A DNA stretch of 64,000 nucleotides, from contig USLK01000002.1 in assembly GCA_900555555.1 (NCBI GenBank), forward strand, positions 22,577 to 86,576, in the 5' to 3' direction. Below, one piece after another: positions 18,874-29,026 of the stretch (the stretch's first letter is position 1; each line of letters begins with the position of its first letter). Source of the DNA: an uncultured Collinsella sp. Lineage in GTDB: Bacteria > Actinomycetota > Coriobacteriia > Coriobacteriales > Coriobacteriaceae. Made by a program: the position numbers and the translations under genes. The notes beneath the pieces were generated by a model that did not search any database, was not told the origin of the DNA, and was given only the letters and a program-made list of their open reading frames with translations.

Positions 18874-19083
18874 CGCTTGCATTTGCATAGCATGGAGTCC
18901 ATGCGGATGCCGTTCATCTGAGTTTAGCTACCGTTTACGGAGCTGATTGTAGGAGCAAATCGCACCGCTCCGAGCGGGCAAAAGGTCCATGACACCTCAT
19001 GTACCTGCGGACTAGTCCGTTGGGAGGCGGCAAGCAACATGGAACGTCGCGCACGGCTCGTAAAATAGTTGGAGACTCTAGAA

Positions 19084-19097
19084 TTGAATCGATTTAA
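19084..19097. promoter_or_regulatory. Putative LacI-family operator upstream of the PTS operon
   Basis: ttgaatcgatttaa palindrome in an AT-rich promoter region. Confidence 0.65.
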
Positions 19098-19181
19098 AAT
19101 AAGTAAAAGTTCAAGGGTCTATCATACGAACCTTGAAGGACGGACGAGCTGTTCCCTCAAAAGGGATTGGAAGGAGAAGAC

Positions 19182-19487
19182 ATGATTCGAGTGATGCTTT
19201 GCTGCTCTGCGGGCATGTCCACGAGCATGATGGTTCAGCGTATGCAGACCGTTGCCAAGGAGCGCGGTATCGAGGCGGAGATCTGGGCGGTCCCCGAGGC
19301 GCAAGCCGGTGCGGAGGCCTACAAGGCCGATGCGATTCTGCTCGGGCCGCAGGTCCGTTTCCTTCTCGATAAGATCAAGTCCGTTGCCGGAGATACGCCG
19401 GTGGAGGTCATCGACATGGCAGCTTACGGCATGATGAACGGGGAGAAGGTCCTCGACCAGGCGATCGCGCTTATCGGTCACGAATAA
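19182..19487 (+). CDS. PTS lactose/cellobiose family EIIB
   Basis: CSAGMSTS phosphorylation loop; LLGPQVRF; YGMMNGEKVL. Confidence 0.95.
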   Translation: MIRVMLCCSAGMSTSMMVQRMQTVAKERGIEAEIWAVPEAQAGAEAYKADAILLGPQVRFLLDKIKSVAGDTPVEVIDMAAYGMMNGEKVLDQAIALIGHE

Positions 19488-19868
19488 TCGATGGAGAGCG
19501 GGGCTCCGGTGACGGTTTTGCTACCTGCCCGCGGAGCCCCTTGGACCAGGTGGCAATTTCATCGCGATTCCGGTTGTGCTCCAGGTTTTGTTCGTCTCCT
19601 TTCCGATTCGGTTTTTGTCTGTCTAGCTGGCGAATGGAGAGCAGGTAGTTGGGAAAACGCCTGCATAAGGGCAATTCCGGCCTGTTTGTATCGCGGGATT
19701 CTTGAGGTCTCCACACAGCCGTCGGGTGCATGCGCGCTCGACGGCTGTGTGCGTTGACGGGGAAACGCGCCCCTTCGATGGCCGATCTCGGATCGACGGC
19801 TGGCGTATACCTGGTTTGCGATAGTGTGCGGCATCGACTTGTTTTTTAAGAAGAAAGAAGTTGTAGAG

Positions 19869-21251
19869 ATGGAAGTGACATTTCCCAAGGGGTTCTATTT
19901 CGGTAGCGCGACGAGTGCGCCGCAGTCCGAAGGCGCCCACGGTATCGAGCACAAGGCCCCTGATATTTGGGATCTTTGGTTCGAGCAGGAGCCTTATAAG
20001 TTCCACGGGCAGGTTGGGCCGCAGGATGCATCGACGTTCTTCGAGCATTTCGAAAGCGATATCGATCTGCTTAGGGAAACCGGTCAGAATTCGTTTCGCA
20101 CGTCCATCAGCTGGTCACGTCTGCTTCCCGATCCGGAGGGCGAGCCAAATCCCGAGGCAGTCGAGTTCTACCGTGCCGCATTCACCCGTATGCGCGAGGT
20201 GGGCGTGGAGCCGTTCGTGAACTTGTTCCATTTCGATATGCCTGCTTCCCTGCAGGAGCGTGGGGGATGGGAGAGCCGCGAGGTCGTGGCACTGTATGAG
20301 CGCTATGCGCAGACCGCTTTCACCCTGTTCGGCGACATCGTGAAGCGCTGGTATACGTTCAATGAGCCTATCGTGCATGTTGAGTGCGGCTATCTGCAGC
20401 AGTATCACTATCCGTGCAAGGTCGACCCGAAGGCCTCCGTTCAGGTCGCCTATCATACGGCCTTGGCGAGCGCGCTTGCCATCCGCGATTTTCATGAGAT
20501 CGTTCCCGACGGCAAGATCGGCATCGTGCTCAACCTCACGCCGGCATATCCGCGTTCAGATAATCCGGCGGATCTTAAGGCCGCCCATATCGCCGAGCTG
20601 TTCGCAAACAAGAGCTTTCTCGACCCGGCGGTGAAGGGCGTTTACGACCCCGAGCTTATCGGCATCATTCGCGAGCATGGTCTCATGCCGCATGTTGAAG
20701 CCGATGACCTGGCGGTTATCCGTGAGCATACGGTTGATTACCTGGGCGTGAATTACTACCAGCCGCTTCGGGTTTGCGCGCGCGCATCGCTGCCCAATCC
20801 CGAGGCTCCGTTTATGCCCACGTACTATTACGATGTGTACGAGATGCCCGGCCGCCGCATGAATCCGTATCGAGGATGGGAGATCTATCCCAAGGCGCTG
20901 TATGACATCGCGATCAACATTCGCGACAACTACGGCAACATCGAGTGGATCGTTTCCGAAAACGGTATGGGTGTCGAGGGCGAGGAGGCGTACCGCGGTC
21001 CGGACGGCACGATCCAGGATGATTACCGTATCGACTTCATCAAGGAGCACCTTACCTGGCTTTCTCGCGGCATAGCCGAGGGCTCCCGTTGCATTGGGTA
21101 CCATCTGTGGACATTTATAGATTGCTGGAGCTGGCTCAACGCCTATAAGAATCGCTATGGGCTCGTTGAGCTCGATCTCGATACGCAGGAGCGCCGTATA
21201 AAGAAGAGCGGCCGTTGGTACCGAGAGCTTGCACAGAATAACGGGTTCTAG
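19869..21251 (+). CDS. GH1 6-phospho-beta-glucosidase
   Basis: TFNEP and VSENG catalytic motifs; DCWSWLNAYKNRYG. Confidence 0.95.
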   Translation: MEVTFPKGFYFGSATSAPQSEGAHGIEHKAPDIWDLWFEQEPYKFHGQVGPQDASTFFEHFESDIDLLRETGQNSFRTSISWSRLLPDPEGEPNPEAVEFYRAAFTRMREVGVEPFVNLFHFDMPASLQERGGWESREVVALYERYAQTAFTLFGDIVKRWYTFNEPIVHVECGYLQQYHYPCKVDPKASVQVAYHTALASALAIRDFHEIVPDGKIGIVLNLTPAYPRSDNPADLKAAHIAELFANKSFLDPAVKGVYDPELIGIIREHGLMPHVEADDLAVIREHTVDYLGVNYYQPLRVCARASLPNPEAPFMPTYYYDVYEMPGRRMNPYRGWEIYPKALYDIAINIRDNYGNIEWIVSENGMGVEGEEAYRGPDGTIQDDYRIDFIKEHLTWLSRGIAEGSRCIGYHLWTFIDCWSWLNAYKNRYGLVELDLDTQERRIKKSGRWYRELAQNNGF

Positions 21252-21277
21252 CGATCTGTGTTATCGAGGGGCATGGG

Positions 21278-21727
21278 ATGAAGATCACCGTTCATTTGGC
21301 CGTGGAGCCCGAGGAGCTGTTCGACAGCCTCATCACTTCGGTGCTTTACGATATCGAGCAGGCTACGGGCAAGAAGATGCCGGCCACTGGGCTCAAAAAG
21401 GGTTTTTCATACAAGAAGGTGCTGCGTGCCAAGAATGGCACCGATCGGCAGGTAACAGCAAAGATCACCAAGCTGCAAAAGCCGTTTCGTTATGCTGCCT
21501 CCTTCAAGTCCAAACAAGGCATCAATACTATCGACTACGATATTCGCCCCTGCGAGGACGGTGGAATCGATATCCACTACGAGGAGGAGTTCTCTTCTCA
21601 GGAGGCCGTGGCAAACGCGAGCGGCAAGCTGACCGGCGCATTGTATGCCTGGAGTGCAAAACGCCAGATTAAGAATCGCTTTAAGCAGATGGAATCTTAT
21701 AGTATTCAGCAACGCGAAAACCGATAG
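21278..21727 (+). CDS. DUF3284-like protein
   Basis: SV.YDI.QATGK, GFSYKK; this family is typical of cellobiose-type PTS clusters. Confidence 0.75.
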   Translation: MKITVHLAVEPEELFDSLITSVLYDIEQATGKKMPATGLKKGFSYKKVLRAKNGTDRQVTAKITKLQKPFRYAASFKSKQGINTIDYDIRPCEDGGIDIHYEEEFSSQEAVANASGKLTGALYAWSAKRQIKNRFKQMESYSIQQRENR

Positions 21728-21733
21728 AAAGGG

Positions 21734-22057
21734 ATGGCGAACATGGAGAACATGAACGATATCGATATGGCGTGCTTTGAGATTATCTCGAACGTGGGGA
21801 TGGCGCGCAGTTGCTTTATCGAGGCGATCGATCTTGCCGGGGAGGATAAGATCGATGAGGCGAAGGCGAAGGTCGAGGAAGGGGAGGAGTACTTTCTCAA
21901 GGGGCACGCGAAGCACGGCGAGATGATCTCTCATGAGGCCTCGGGCGAGCATATCAATCCGAGCATCATTTTGATCCACGCCGAGGACCAGCTCATGAGC
22001 GCCGAGACCTTTAAGATTCTTGCGGGCAAGTTCATCGCACTTGCCCAGAAGCGCTAA
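21734..22057 (+). CDS. PTS lactose/cellobiose family EIIA
   Basis: IISNVG.ARS, LIHAEDQLMSAE. Confidence 0.95.
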   Translation: MANMENMNDIDMACFEIISNVGMARSCFIEAIDLAGEDKIDEAKAKVEEGEEYFLKGHAKHGEMISHEASGEHINPSIILIHAEDQLMSAETFKILAGKFIALAQKR

Positions 22058-22069
22058 CCCCGCGCCGTA

Positions 22070-23071
22070 TCATCCGCGCAGGTCGACGATCGAGGGCTGC
22101 CAGTTGATCGTGTTGTCGAGCAGTGTGGTCTTGCCGCTGCCCCTTTGGCCCGATTCGATCATGGAAAGCAGCTCCTGGCCGGCCAGATGGCCCAGCTCGT
22201 AAGCGGGGGGACATACCGTCGTGAGGCGGGGGTAGAACATCTCGTGCGTATCGTCATAATCGTAGCAGGCGTACGAGAGATTCTGCCCGATGGTCCTTCC
22301 CGCTTCGGTTGCGGCCTGCAGGGCGCCCATTCCCATTTTGTAATTGCAGGTAAAAACGCAATCGACCCCCATATCCAGGAGCGCAGACATGCACTGGCGT
22401 CCGCTGTTGGGGGAGTAGTCGCCAAAGAGGACCGTTGCGGACTCCGGCGGAAGGCCGGCACTCGAGATCGCGTCGAGTGCGCCTTGGAGCCGCTCGCGGG
22501 AAACCTGTTCCTGTTGGGGGGCGGCGATGATGCCGATGTGCCGATGTCCGAATTCAACCATTTTCGAGACGACTTCGAAGGAGCTCTCTTTGTTTTTGGG
22601 GAGTATCGAGTCGACGTTGGGCGCGTTGTAAGGCGTGTTGATGGACAGGATGGGTAGATCGATGGAGGCCACGGGGTCGACATGCCCGTCTTCGACGCGC
22701 GGTGCCTCGAACAGGATGAGGCCATCGATGCCACGGTTGACGAGGGTTTGCAGATGCTGTTCGAAAACCGAGCGCGATTTGCGAAAACCTGCGATCAGCA
22801 TGCTGTAGTCGGCCTGCTCGATTTCCGTCTCGATTTGGGAGACGACTTGCGTGGCAAGGTTGTTCTTCATGTTGTTGATCATGAGGCCGATGGTCATGCT
22901 GCGGCTGCGGCGCAGGCTCCGTGCGGTGAGGTTGGGCCGATAATCAAGATCGGCGATGGCCTGCTTGATGGCGTCCATGTTCTTCTGCTTGAGTTTGTAG
23001 CCGTTGAGGTAACGTGAAACCGTTCCCGTGGAAACGCCGGCCCGCTGCGCGACTTCCTGTATCGTAGACAC
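22070..23071 (-). CDS. LacI-family transcriptional regulator
   Basis: TIQEVAQRAGVSTGTVSRYLN HTH, YRPN..ARSL hinge, periplasmic-binding-like domain. Confidence 0.95.
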   Translation of the reverse strand: MSTIQEVAQRAGVSTGTVSRYLNGYKLKQKNMDAIKQAIADLDYRPNLTARSLRRSRSMTIGLMINNMKNNLATQVVSQIETEIEQADYSMLIAGFRKSRSVFEQHLQTLVNRGIDGLILFEAPRVEDGHVDPVASIDLPILSINTPYNAPNVDSILPKNKESSFEVVSKMVEFGHRHIGIIAAPQQEQVSRERLQGALDAISSAGLPPESATVLFGDYSPNSGRQCMSALLDMGVDCVFTCNYKMGMGALQAATEAGRTIGQNLSYACYDYDDTHEMFYPRLTTVCPPAYELGHLAGQELLSMIESGQRGSGKTTLLDNTINWQPSIVDLRG

Positions 23072-23387
23072 AATTCCCCTTGCTCGCATCGTGCGTATTG
23101 AGTTTCAGTATGCCACCTGGCTATCAGGAAAAAAAGCAAGGGCGCCGAGTTGCGTCCATCTGCTGAAAAAACCAGCCCATCCACGTAAAAATCAGGCTTT
23201 TTCCTTGAAATCCGAGGCATTTCCTCGTAGTCTAAATGAACGTGATTGCATTCGCATCACATACGTATCTGTCGGCCCCCGAGATGTTCCAAACGGTGCG
23301 CGCACGCTGCCCGGCTTTTGCCTTAACGCGAGCAACCATCTGCCGGTCCTAGCAATCGGGGCCCCGTAGTTCGAAAGGGGTCCACCT

Positions 23388-24560
23388 TTGAGTGAGATTC
23401 AGAACTCGTCCATCTTCTCCCTCGATGACGTAAACGAGGAGGAGATGAACAGCCTCATCGACGGTACCATCACCGACTTTGATGAGGGCGACCTGGTCAA
23501 CGGCACCGTTGTGAAGATCGAGCACGACGAGGTTCTCGTTGATATCGGCTTCAAGTCCGAGGGCGTTATCCCCGTTCGCGAGCTGTCCATCCGCAAGGAT
23601 GCCAACCCCGCAGACATCGTTTCCCTGGGCGATCCCATCGAGGCCCTCGTTCTCCAGAAGGAGGACAAGGACGGCCGTCTGGTCCTCTCCAAGAAGCGTG
23701 CTGAGTACGAGCGTGCTTGGAACCGCATCGAGGAGAAGTTCAACGCCGGCGAGAACGTCGAGGGCGAGGTCATCGAGGTCGTCAAGGGCGGTCTTATCCT
23801 CGACATCGGCCTGCGCGGCTTCCTGCCCGCTTCCCTCGTGGACCTTCGCCGCGTAAAGGACCTCACCTGCTACCTGGGCACCTCTCTCGAGGCTCGCGTT
23901 ATCGAGATGGACCGCAACCGCAACAACGTCGTTCTGTCCCGCCGCGTCGTTCTCGAGGAGTCCCGCAAGGCCGAGCGCTCCGAGATCCTCTCCAAGCTCA
24001 AGAGCGGCATGCGTCTCAAGGGCACCGTTTCCTCCATCGTTGACTTCGGTGCATTTGTGGACCTGGGCGGCATCGACGGCCTCATCCACATCTCCGAGCT
24101 CTCCTGGAACCACGTCAACCATCCCTCCGAGGTCGTCAAGGTCGGCCAGGAGGTCGAGGTCGAGGTTCTGGACGTGGACCTCAACCGCGAGCGCATCTCC
24201 CTGGGCCTCAAGCAGACCACCGAGGATCCGTGGCGTGCACTGGTCAAGAAGTACCCGGTCGGCGCAATCGTCGAGGGCACTGTGACCAAGCTCGTCCCGT
24301 TCGGCGCTTTTGTTGACCTGGGCGACGGCATCGAGGGCCTCGTGCACATCTCCGAGATGGCTAACAAGCACGTTGACCAGCCGATCCAGGTTACCCGCGT
24401 GGGCGAGAAGGTCCAGGTCAAGGTCATGGAGATCGACCTGGACCGTCGTCGCATCTCCCTGTCCATGAAGTCTGCCGCCGAGACCCTCGGCGTCGAGATC
24501 GAGGTTGCCCCGCTCGAGGGCGAGGCTGCCACCGAGGCTCCGGCCGAGGACGCCGAGTAA
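23388..24560 (+). CDS. rpsA: 30S ribosomal protein S1
   Basis: Four S1 repeats (DIGFKSEG, FGAFVDLG..GL.HISE); TTG start; strong codon bias. Confidence 0.97.
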   Translation: MSEIQNSSIFSLDDVNEEEMNSLIDGTITDFDEGDLVNGTVVKIEHDEVLVDIGFKSEGVIPVRELSIRKDANPADIVSLGDPIEALVLQKEDKDGRLVLSKKRAEYERAWNRIEEKFNAGENVEGEVIEVVKGGLILDIGLRGFLPASLVDLRRVKDLTCYLGTSLEARVIEMDRNRNNVVLSRRVVLEESRKAERSEILSKLKSGMRLKGTVSSIVDFGAFVDLGGIDGLIHISELSWNHVNHPSEVVKVGQEVEVEVLDVDLNRERISLGLKQTTEDPWRALVKKYPVGAIVEGTVTKLVPFGAFVDLGDGIEGLVHISEMANKHVDQPIQVTRVGEKVQVKVMEIDLDRRRISLSMKSAAETLGVEIEVAPLEGEAATEAPAEDAE

Positions 24561-24585
24561 GTCTCATCCATAGCTTGCTATGTTG

Positions 24586-24613
24586 GCCCCTGGGTTTTAC
24601 CCGGGGGCCTTTT
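24586..24613 (+). terminator. Intrinsic terminator after rpsA
   Basis: ggcccctggg-tttta-cccgggggcc followed by tttt. Confidence 0.75.
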
Positions 24614-24620
24614 GTATATC

Positions 24621-24640
24621 TTTACAGAGTCTTAAGGCAC
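24621..24640 (+). promoter_or_regulatory. Possible KdpE-type box upstream of kup
   Basis: tttacagagtcttaaggcac is 15/20 identical to tttatacggtcttaatgccc upstream of kdpFABC. Confidence 0.45.
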
Positions 24641-24718
24641 GTCGGCGGTATTGCGGCGGAACAGACGACGGGCAATGCGCTACCATACAGGCACGTTTAC
24701 CCGTGTACTGGAGGTTGC

Positions 24719-27073
24719 ATGTCTCGCACTAAGGAGGGCGCGCCAAAAAGCGCGTCCGGCACCGCGTGCCCTGTCGCCCGCAAGGCTCGTAAGAAGGCTC
24801 GCTCTAAAGAGATCCCCATATCAGTCGGCGCTGCGCTGGTTGCGTTGGGCGTTGTGTACGGCGACTTGGGAACGAGCCCCGTCTATATGACCAAGGCCGT
24901 CGTTTCGGGACAGGGCGGCCTGGCCGGCATGAACGAGATGGCGGTGCTCGGCATGCTCTCGTTGGTTATCTGGACGCTGACCCTTATCACCACCGTTAAG
25001 TACGTGCTCATTGCCATGAAGGCCGACAACCACGGTGAGGGCGGTATCTTCTCGCTGTACTCCATGGTTCGCAAATACTTCAAGTTCCTGGTGATTCCCG
25101 CCATGCTCGGAGGAGCGGCGTTCCTGGCCGATTCCATCCTGACGCCCGCGGTTGCCATCACCTCCGCGGTGGAGGGCCTGCGCACCATTCCCGGGCTGGG
25201 CGACACCGTATTCGCCCCGCAGACCACACTGGTCATCATCTCGCTCGTCATCATCGGCGTCCTGTTCTTCTTCCAGCAGGCGGGCACGACCTCGATCGGC
25301 AAGCTGTTCGGCCCGGTTATGACGGCATGGTTCCTGTTCATCGCCGTGTCGGGCATTTGGAATATGGCCGGTGACCTTTCTGTCTTGCGTGCATTCAACC
25401 CGGTATACGGTTTGCGCTTTTTGTTTAGCCCCGAGAACAAAGCCGGTCTGGCCGTCCTGGGAAGCGTCTTTCTTACCATCACCGGTGCCGAGGCCCTGTA
25501 TTCGGACATGGGCCACGTGGGCCGTGGCAACATTTACGTAACGTGGCCCATCGTCAAGGTGTCGCTCATCCTCAACTACCTGGGACAAGGTGCCTGGTTG
25601 ATCGCCAACCAGGGCAACGCGGCCCTCTATACCGAGTCCGACCTGAACCCGTTCTTCCAGATGCTCGCGCCCGAGCTGCGCCCGTTTGCCGTGATCTTCG
25701 GTGTGGCGGCCGGTGTCATTGCGAGCCAGGCGCTCATCACCGGCGCCTTCACGCTGGTGTCCGAGGCCGCGCGCCTGTCGTGGATGCCGCGTATGCGCAT
25801 CTTCTACCCTTCCGAGACCAAAGGCCAGCTCTACATCCCCTTCGTGAATGTCTTCCTGTGGGTGGGCACCACGGCGGTCATTCTGTTTTTCCAGACCTCC
25901 CACAATATGGAGGCAGCGTATGGCCTCGCGCTCACCGTCACCATGCTGTCCACGACCATGCTGCTCACCGTCTACCTGCTCAAGGTGAGGCACAAACCCG
26001 TTCTTGCGGTGATATTCGCCTCGTTCTTCGGGTTGATGGAGCTGTGCTTCTTCGCTTCGAGCTGCACGAAGTTCTTCCATGGCGGTTACGTGACGGTGTG
26101 CATGGCCCTGGGCCTTCTGGTTGTCATGCTCTCCTGGTCGGCCGGTACCAAGGTGGAGCGCAGCCAGCGGCAACGTATGGATATCAAGGCGCTCCTGCCG
26201 AGCTTCGAGCGCATCGCGCAGGACGATTCCATCCCGTTGATGGCCGAGAACCTCATCTATCTCACATCGGACAACGAAATGGGCCGCATCGATCGCGATA
26301 TCGTGTATTCGGTGTTCGCCAACCGCCCGCACCGCGCGCACGCCTATTGGGTCGTTAACATCGTCGTTTCCAACGAGCCCTACACGCGCGAGTACTCTGT
26401 CGACTCGTTTGGGACGCATTGCTTCTTCCGTGTTCGCATTCGCCTTGGATATAAGGTCAACCAGCACATCCGTGCGTTCGTGCGGCAGATCATGCACGAT
26501 ATGGTCCAGACGGGCGACCTCGATCCGCAGCTGTCGCCGTATCCCGATTTCGACGGACGAGACGTAGGCGACACCCGTTTCGTTTTGCTGCACAAGGTGC
26601 TGACCCCCGAGAGCGCCGTTCCGCCGCGCGCCCGTCTGGCGATCAAGATCAAGTACACCATCCGCAAGTACGTGGGTTCTCCCATCCAGTGGTACGGCCT
26701 GGAATCGACGGCGCCTATCGTCGAGGTCATGCCCCTGTTCGTCAAACAGGTCGACTTCGAGCCGCTCAATCGCGTGCGCCTGCGCGGTCAGGTACTATCC
26801 AAGCAGGCCGAGGAGTATCTGGCCAAGTCCCGCAACTCGTCGTATTACCGTGAGGTGCAGCGCCAGATCGAGCGCAACCTCAAGTGGCCGTACCGCGTAC
26901 CGGCCAAAAGCGGCGTGGTGACCGACTCTGCGGGCAAGGTTGCCGGCAAGGCGGGGACGATCCCGGGGGCCACGGGTGTCATGGTGCTCACCGAGGAGCA
27001 GCACGCCGTGCTGGACAAGGCGCCTGAGGCGACTGCGGGCGCCGATGGGCAGGGCCAGCCGCTCGAGCAATAG
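24719..27073 (+). CDS. kup: KUP/HAK/KT potassium transporter
   Basis: GVVYGDLGTSPVY, ADNHGEGG, GAEALYSDMGH, AAYGLA. Confidence 0.96.
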   Translation: MSRTKEGAPKSASGTACPVARKARKKARSKEIPISVGAALVALGVVYGDLGTSPVYMTKAVVSGQGGLAGMNEMAVLGMLSLVIWTLTLITTVKYVLIAMKADNHGEGGIFSLYSMVRKYFKFLVIPAMLGGAAFLADSILTPAVAITSAVEGLRTIPGLGDTVFAPQTTLVIISLVIIGVLFFFQQAGTTSIGKLFGPVMTAWFLFIAVSGIWNMAGDLSVLRAFNPVYGLRFLFSPENKAGLAVLGSVFLTITGAEALYSDMGHVGRGNIYVTWPIVKVSLILNYLGQGAWLIANQGNAALYTESDLNPFFQMLAPELRPFAVIFGVAAGVIASQALITGAFTLVSEAARLSWMPRMRIFYPSETKGQLYIPFVNVFLWVGTTAVILFFQTSHNMEAAYGLALTVTMLSTTMLLTVYLLKVRHKPVLAVIFASFFGLMELCFFASSCTKFFHGGYVTVCMALGLLVVMLSWSAGTKVERSQRQRMDIKALLPSFERIAQDDSIPLMAENLIYLTSDNEMGRIDRDIVYSVFANRPHRAHAYWVVNIVVSNEPYTREYSVDSFGTHCFFRVRIRLGYKVNQHIRAFVRQIMHDMVQTGDLDPQLSPYPDFDGRDVGDTRFVLLHKVLTPESAVPPRARLAIKIKYTIRKYVGSPIQWYGLESTAPIVEVMPLFVKQVDFEPLNRVRLRGQVLSKQAEEYLAKSRNSSYYREVQRQIERNLKWPYRVPAKSGVVTDSAGKVAGKAGTIPGATGVMVLTEEQHAVLDKAPEATAGADGQGQPLEQ

Positions 27074-27180
27074 GCATCCGCGACAACCCTATGTGAACAT
27101 TTCTGCGAACCGGGCATGCATTGCATGTCCGGTTCATGCACAATAGGGGAGTATGCTGTCGACCGGAAAGGAGAGGCTCT

Positions 27181-28608
27181 ATGCAAGATGAGCTGCTCGA
27201 ACAGATAGATCGATACGTCGACGATGTGTGGGAGGATGTCGTTTCCGATATCACCGCCCTGGTGTCCCATCCGTCCATCGCGAATGCCGAGCCCGCCTGC
27301 GAGGGCGCTCCGTTTGGTGCACCGGTCCGCTCCGCGCTCGATTGCGCTTTGGGTATCGCCGAGCGTTTGGGTTATGCGGTGAGCGACGACGAGGGATATA
27401 TGGGCATGGCCGATATTCCCGGCGAGGTTGACGATCAGCTGGCCACCATCGCGCATGTGGACGTGGTGCCGGCCGGTCCCGGCTGGGCGACCGATCCGTT
27501 CACCGTGGTGCGCCGTGACGGCTGGCTGCTGGGGCGCGGCGTGATCGATGACAAGGGACCGGCCGTGCTGTCCTTGTATGCGGGCGCGTTCATGCTGAAG
27601 CACGGCATCAAGCCGCGCTATACCTTCCGTGCGCTTTTGGGCTGCGACGAGGAGGTGGGCATGAGCGATGTCCATCATTACCTCGATCGGTACCCCATGC
27701 CCGCATTCCTGTTCACGCCCGATGCGGAGTTTCCGGTGTGCAACGCCGAGAAGGGTAACTTCGGTGCGATCTTTACGAGCGCCGAGGTGAATAACGGCGT
27801 TATCGAACGGTGGAGCGGCGCCGAGGCCTCCAACGCCATTCCGGGCGAGTCCGTGCTCGAGCTGGCCGTGGACGCCGCCGCGTTGACGCCTCCTTGTGCC
27901 CATGCCGATCGAGTTCACGTCGAGGCCCTTGGTGCCGGTTCCTGCCGTATCACCGCCCACGGTATCGGTGGGCATGCCTCTATGCCCGAAGGCACCCTCA
28001 ACGCGATCGGTCTTGTGGTCGATTACCTGCTTGAGCAGATTGATGCGGGAGCGCTGGCGCTCGATCCCTCCGAGCTTTCCTTTGTCCGGCTCGTGGATGT
28101 GCTCACCGAGGACACCTGCGGCGCCGCCGTGGGCGTTAAGACCGCATCCGACGCCTTTGGGCCGCTTACCATCAACGCCGGCACCATTAAGCGCGATGGC
28201 GGCCATCTGGTGCAGTCGATCGACATCCGCTATCCCGACAGCACCACCGCCGACGAGATCTGCTCTGCATGCGAGGAGCTGGCGCAGCGCTTCGGCGCCG
28301 CCTTCGCCCTCAAGTACAGCAAGCCGCCGTTCTCCACCTCTGCCGACAGCCCCGCTGTCCAGGCCTTGCTGGCGACCTATCGCGACGTTACGGGCCGTCC
28401 TGCCGAGCCGTTCTCCATGGGTGGCGGCACGTATGCGCGCAACTTCGCCCGCGCGGTCTCGTTCGGTCCCGAGGACAGTTCGCTTGAGCTGCCCGGTTGG
28501 GCCGGCACCATGCACGGTCCCAACGAGGCGGCCAACGAGCAGCTCCTCAAGGATGCCCTCAAGATGTATATCGTAGCTATCCTGCGTTTGCAGGAGCTTG
28601 ACCTGTAG
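27181..28608 (+). CDS. M20 family Mn/Zn dipeptidase (PepV/Sapep-like)
   Basis: HVDVVPAG, GRGVIDDKGP, DEEVG, GGGTYAR, H.PNE. Confidence 0.93.
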   Translation: MQDELLEQIDRYVDDVWEDVVSDITALVSHPSIANAEPACEGAPFGAPVRSALDCALGIAERLGYAVSDDEGYMGMADIPGEVDDQLATIAHVDVVPAGPGWATDPFTVVRRDGWLLGRGVIDDKGPAVLSLYAGAFMLKHGIKPRYTFRALLGCDEEVGMSDVHHYLDRYPMPAFLFTPDAEFPVCNAEKGNFGAIFTSAEVNNGVIERWSGAEASNAIPGESVLELAVDAAALTPPCAHADRVHVEALGAGSCRITAHGIGGHASMPEGTLNAIGLVVDYLLEQIDAGALALDPSELSFVRLVDVLTEDTCGAAVGVKTASDAFGPLTINAGTIKRDGGHLVQSIDIRYPDSTTADEICSACEELAQRFGAAFALKYSKPPFSTSADSPAVQALLATYRDVTGRPAEPFSMGGGTYARNFARAVSFGPEDSSLELPGWAGTMHGPNEAANEQLLKDALKMYIVAILRLQELDL

Positions 28609-28621
28609 GGAAGTGGTGACA

Positions 28622-28783
28622 ATGCAGGACCTCCCGTTTTGGGGCCAGCAGCTCATCTATATCTTGATCATCGTGGTTGCCATGGTGTTCGGATCTCATC
28701 TGTACCACAAACGGCACGATGCGCCGCAGGGTGGCGAATCCGCTCGCCCTGCGCGCAAGAAGCGCCCGCATAAGAAGCGCTAG
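28622..28783 (+). CDS. Small single-pass membrane protein
   Basis: Hydrophobic helix followed by a basic tail; RBS-like ggaagtgg; followed by a terminator. Confidence 0.6.
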   Translation: MQDLPFWGQQLIYILIIVVAMVFGSHLYHKRHDAPQGGESARPARKKRPHKKR

Positions 28784-28807
28784 GTTTCACAAAGAGTCTG
28801 TTCGGTG

Positions 28808-28844
28808 ACCCCTGGGATTGTTCTGACATCCCAGGGGTTTTGTT
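28808..28844 (+). terminator. Intrinsic terminator
   Basis: acccctgggat...atcccaggggt followed by tttgtt. Confidence 0.7.
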
Positions 28845-28852
28845 ATGGAAGT

Positions 28853-28911
28853 GTAAGGTGCGGAACAGGTGCCGGTAAGGCTTGATAAGCGCGCCGTAAT
28901 AAACGGTGAGT
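28853..28911. promoter_or_regulatory. Possible Pho-box-like direct repeats (OmpR/PhoB family)
   Basis: GTAAGG-like hexamers in ~11 bp phase (28853, 28875, 28885, 28896, 28906) upstream of pstS. Confidence 0.4.
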
Positions 28912-29026
28912 GTACGGAAAATACCAGATGAGTGGGCGTATGGTGCTTGTCGAAAGGACGGAGGGGAGCTCTGAGGGCCCCCGACCCGTCAGCGCTTGCA
29001 TGCGCAACGTTCTTGAAGGGAGAACC

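Noticed and set aside
24561..24718. c-di-AMP riboswitch before kup or kdp
   Set aside because: No ydaO consensus elements seen; the space is taken by the rpsA terminator and a promoter
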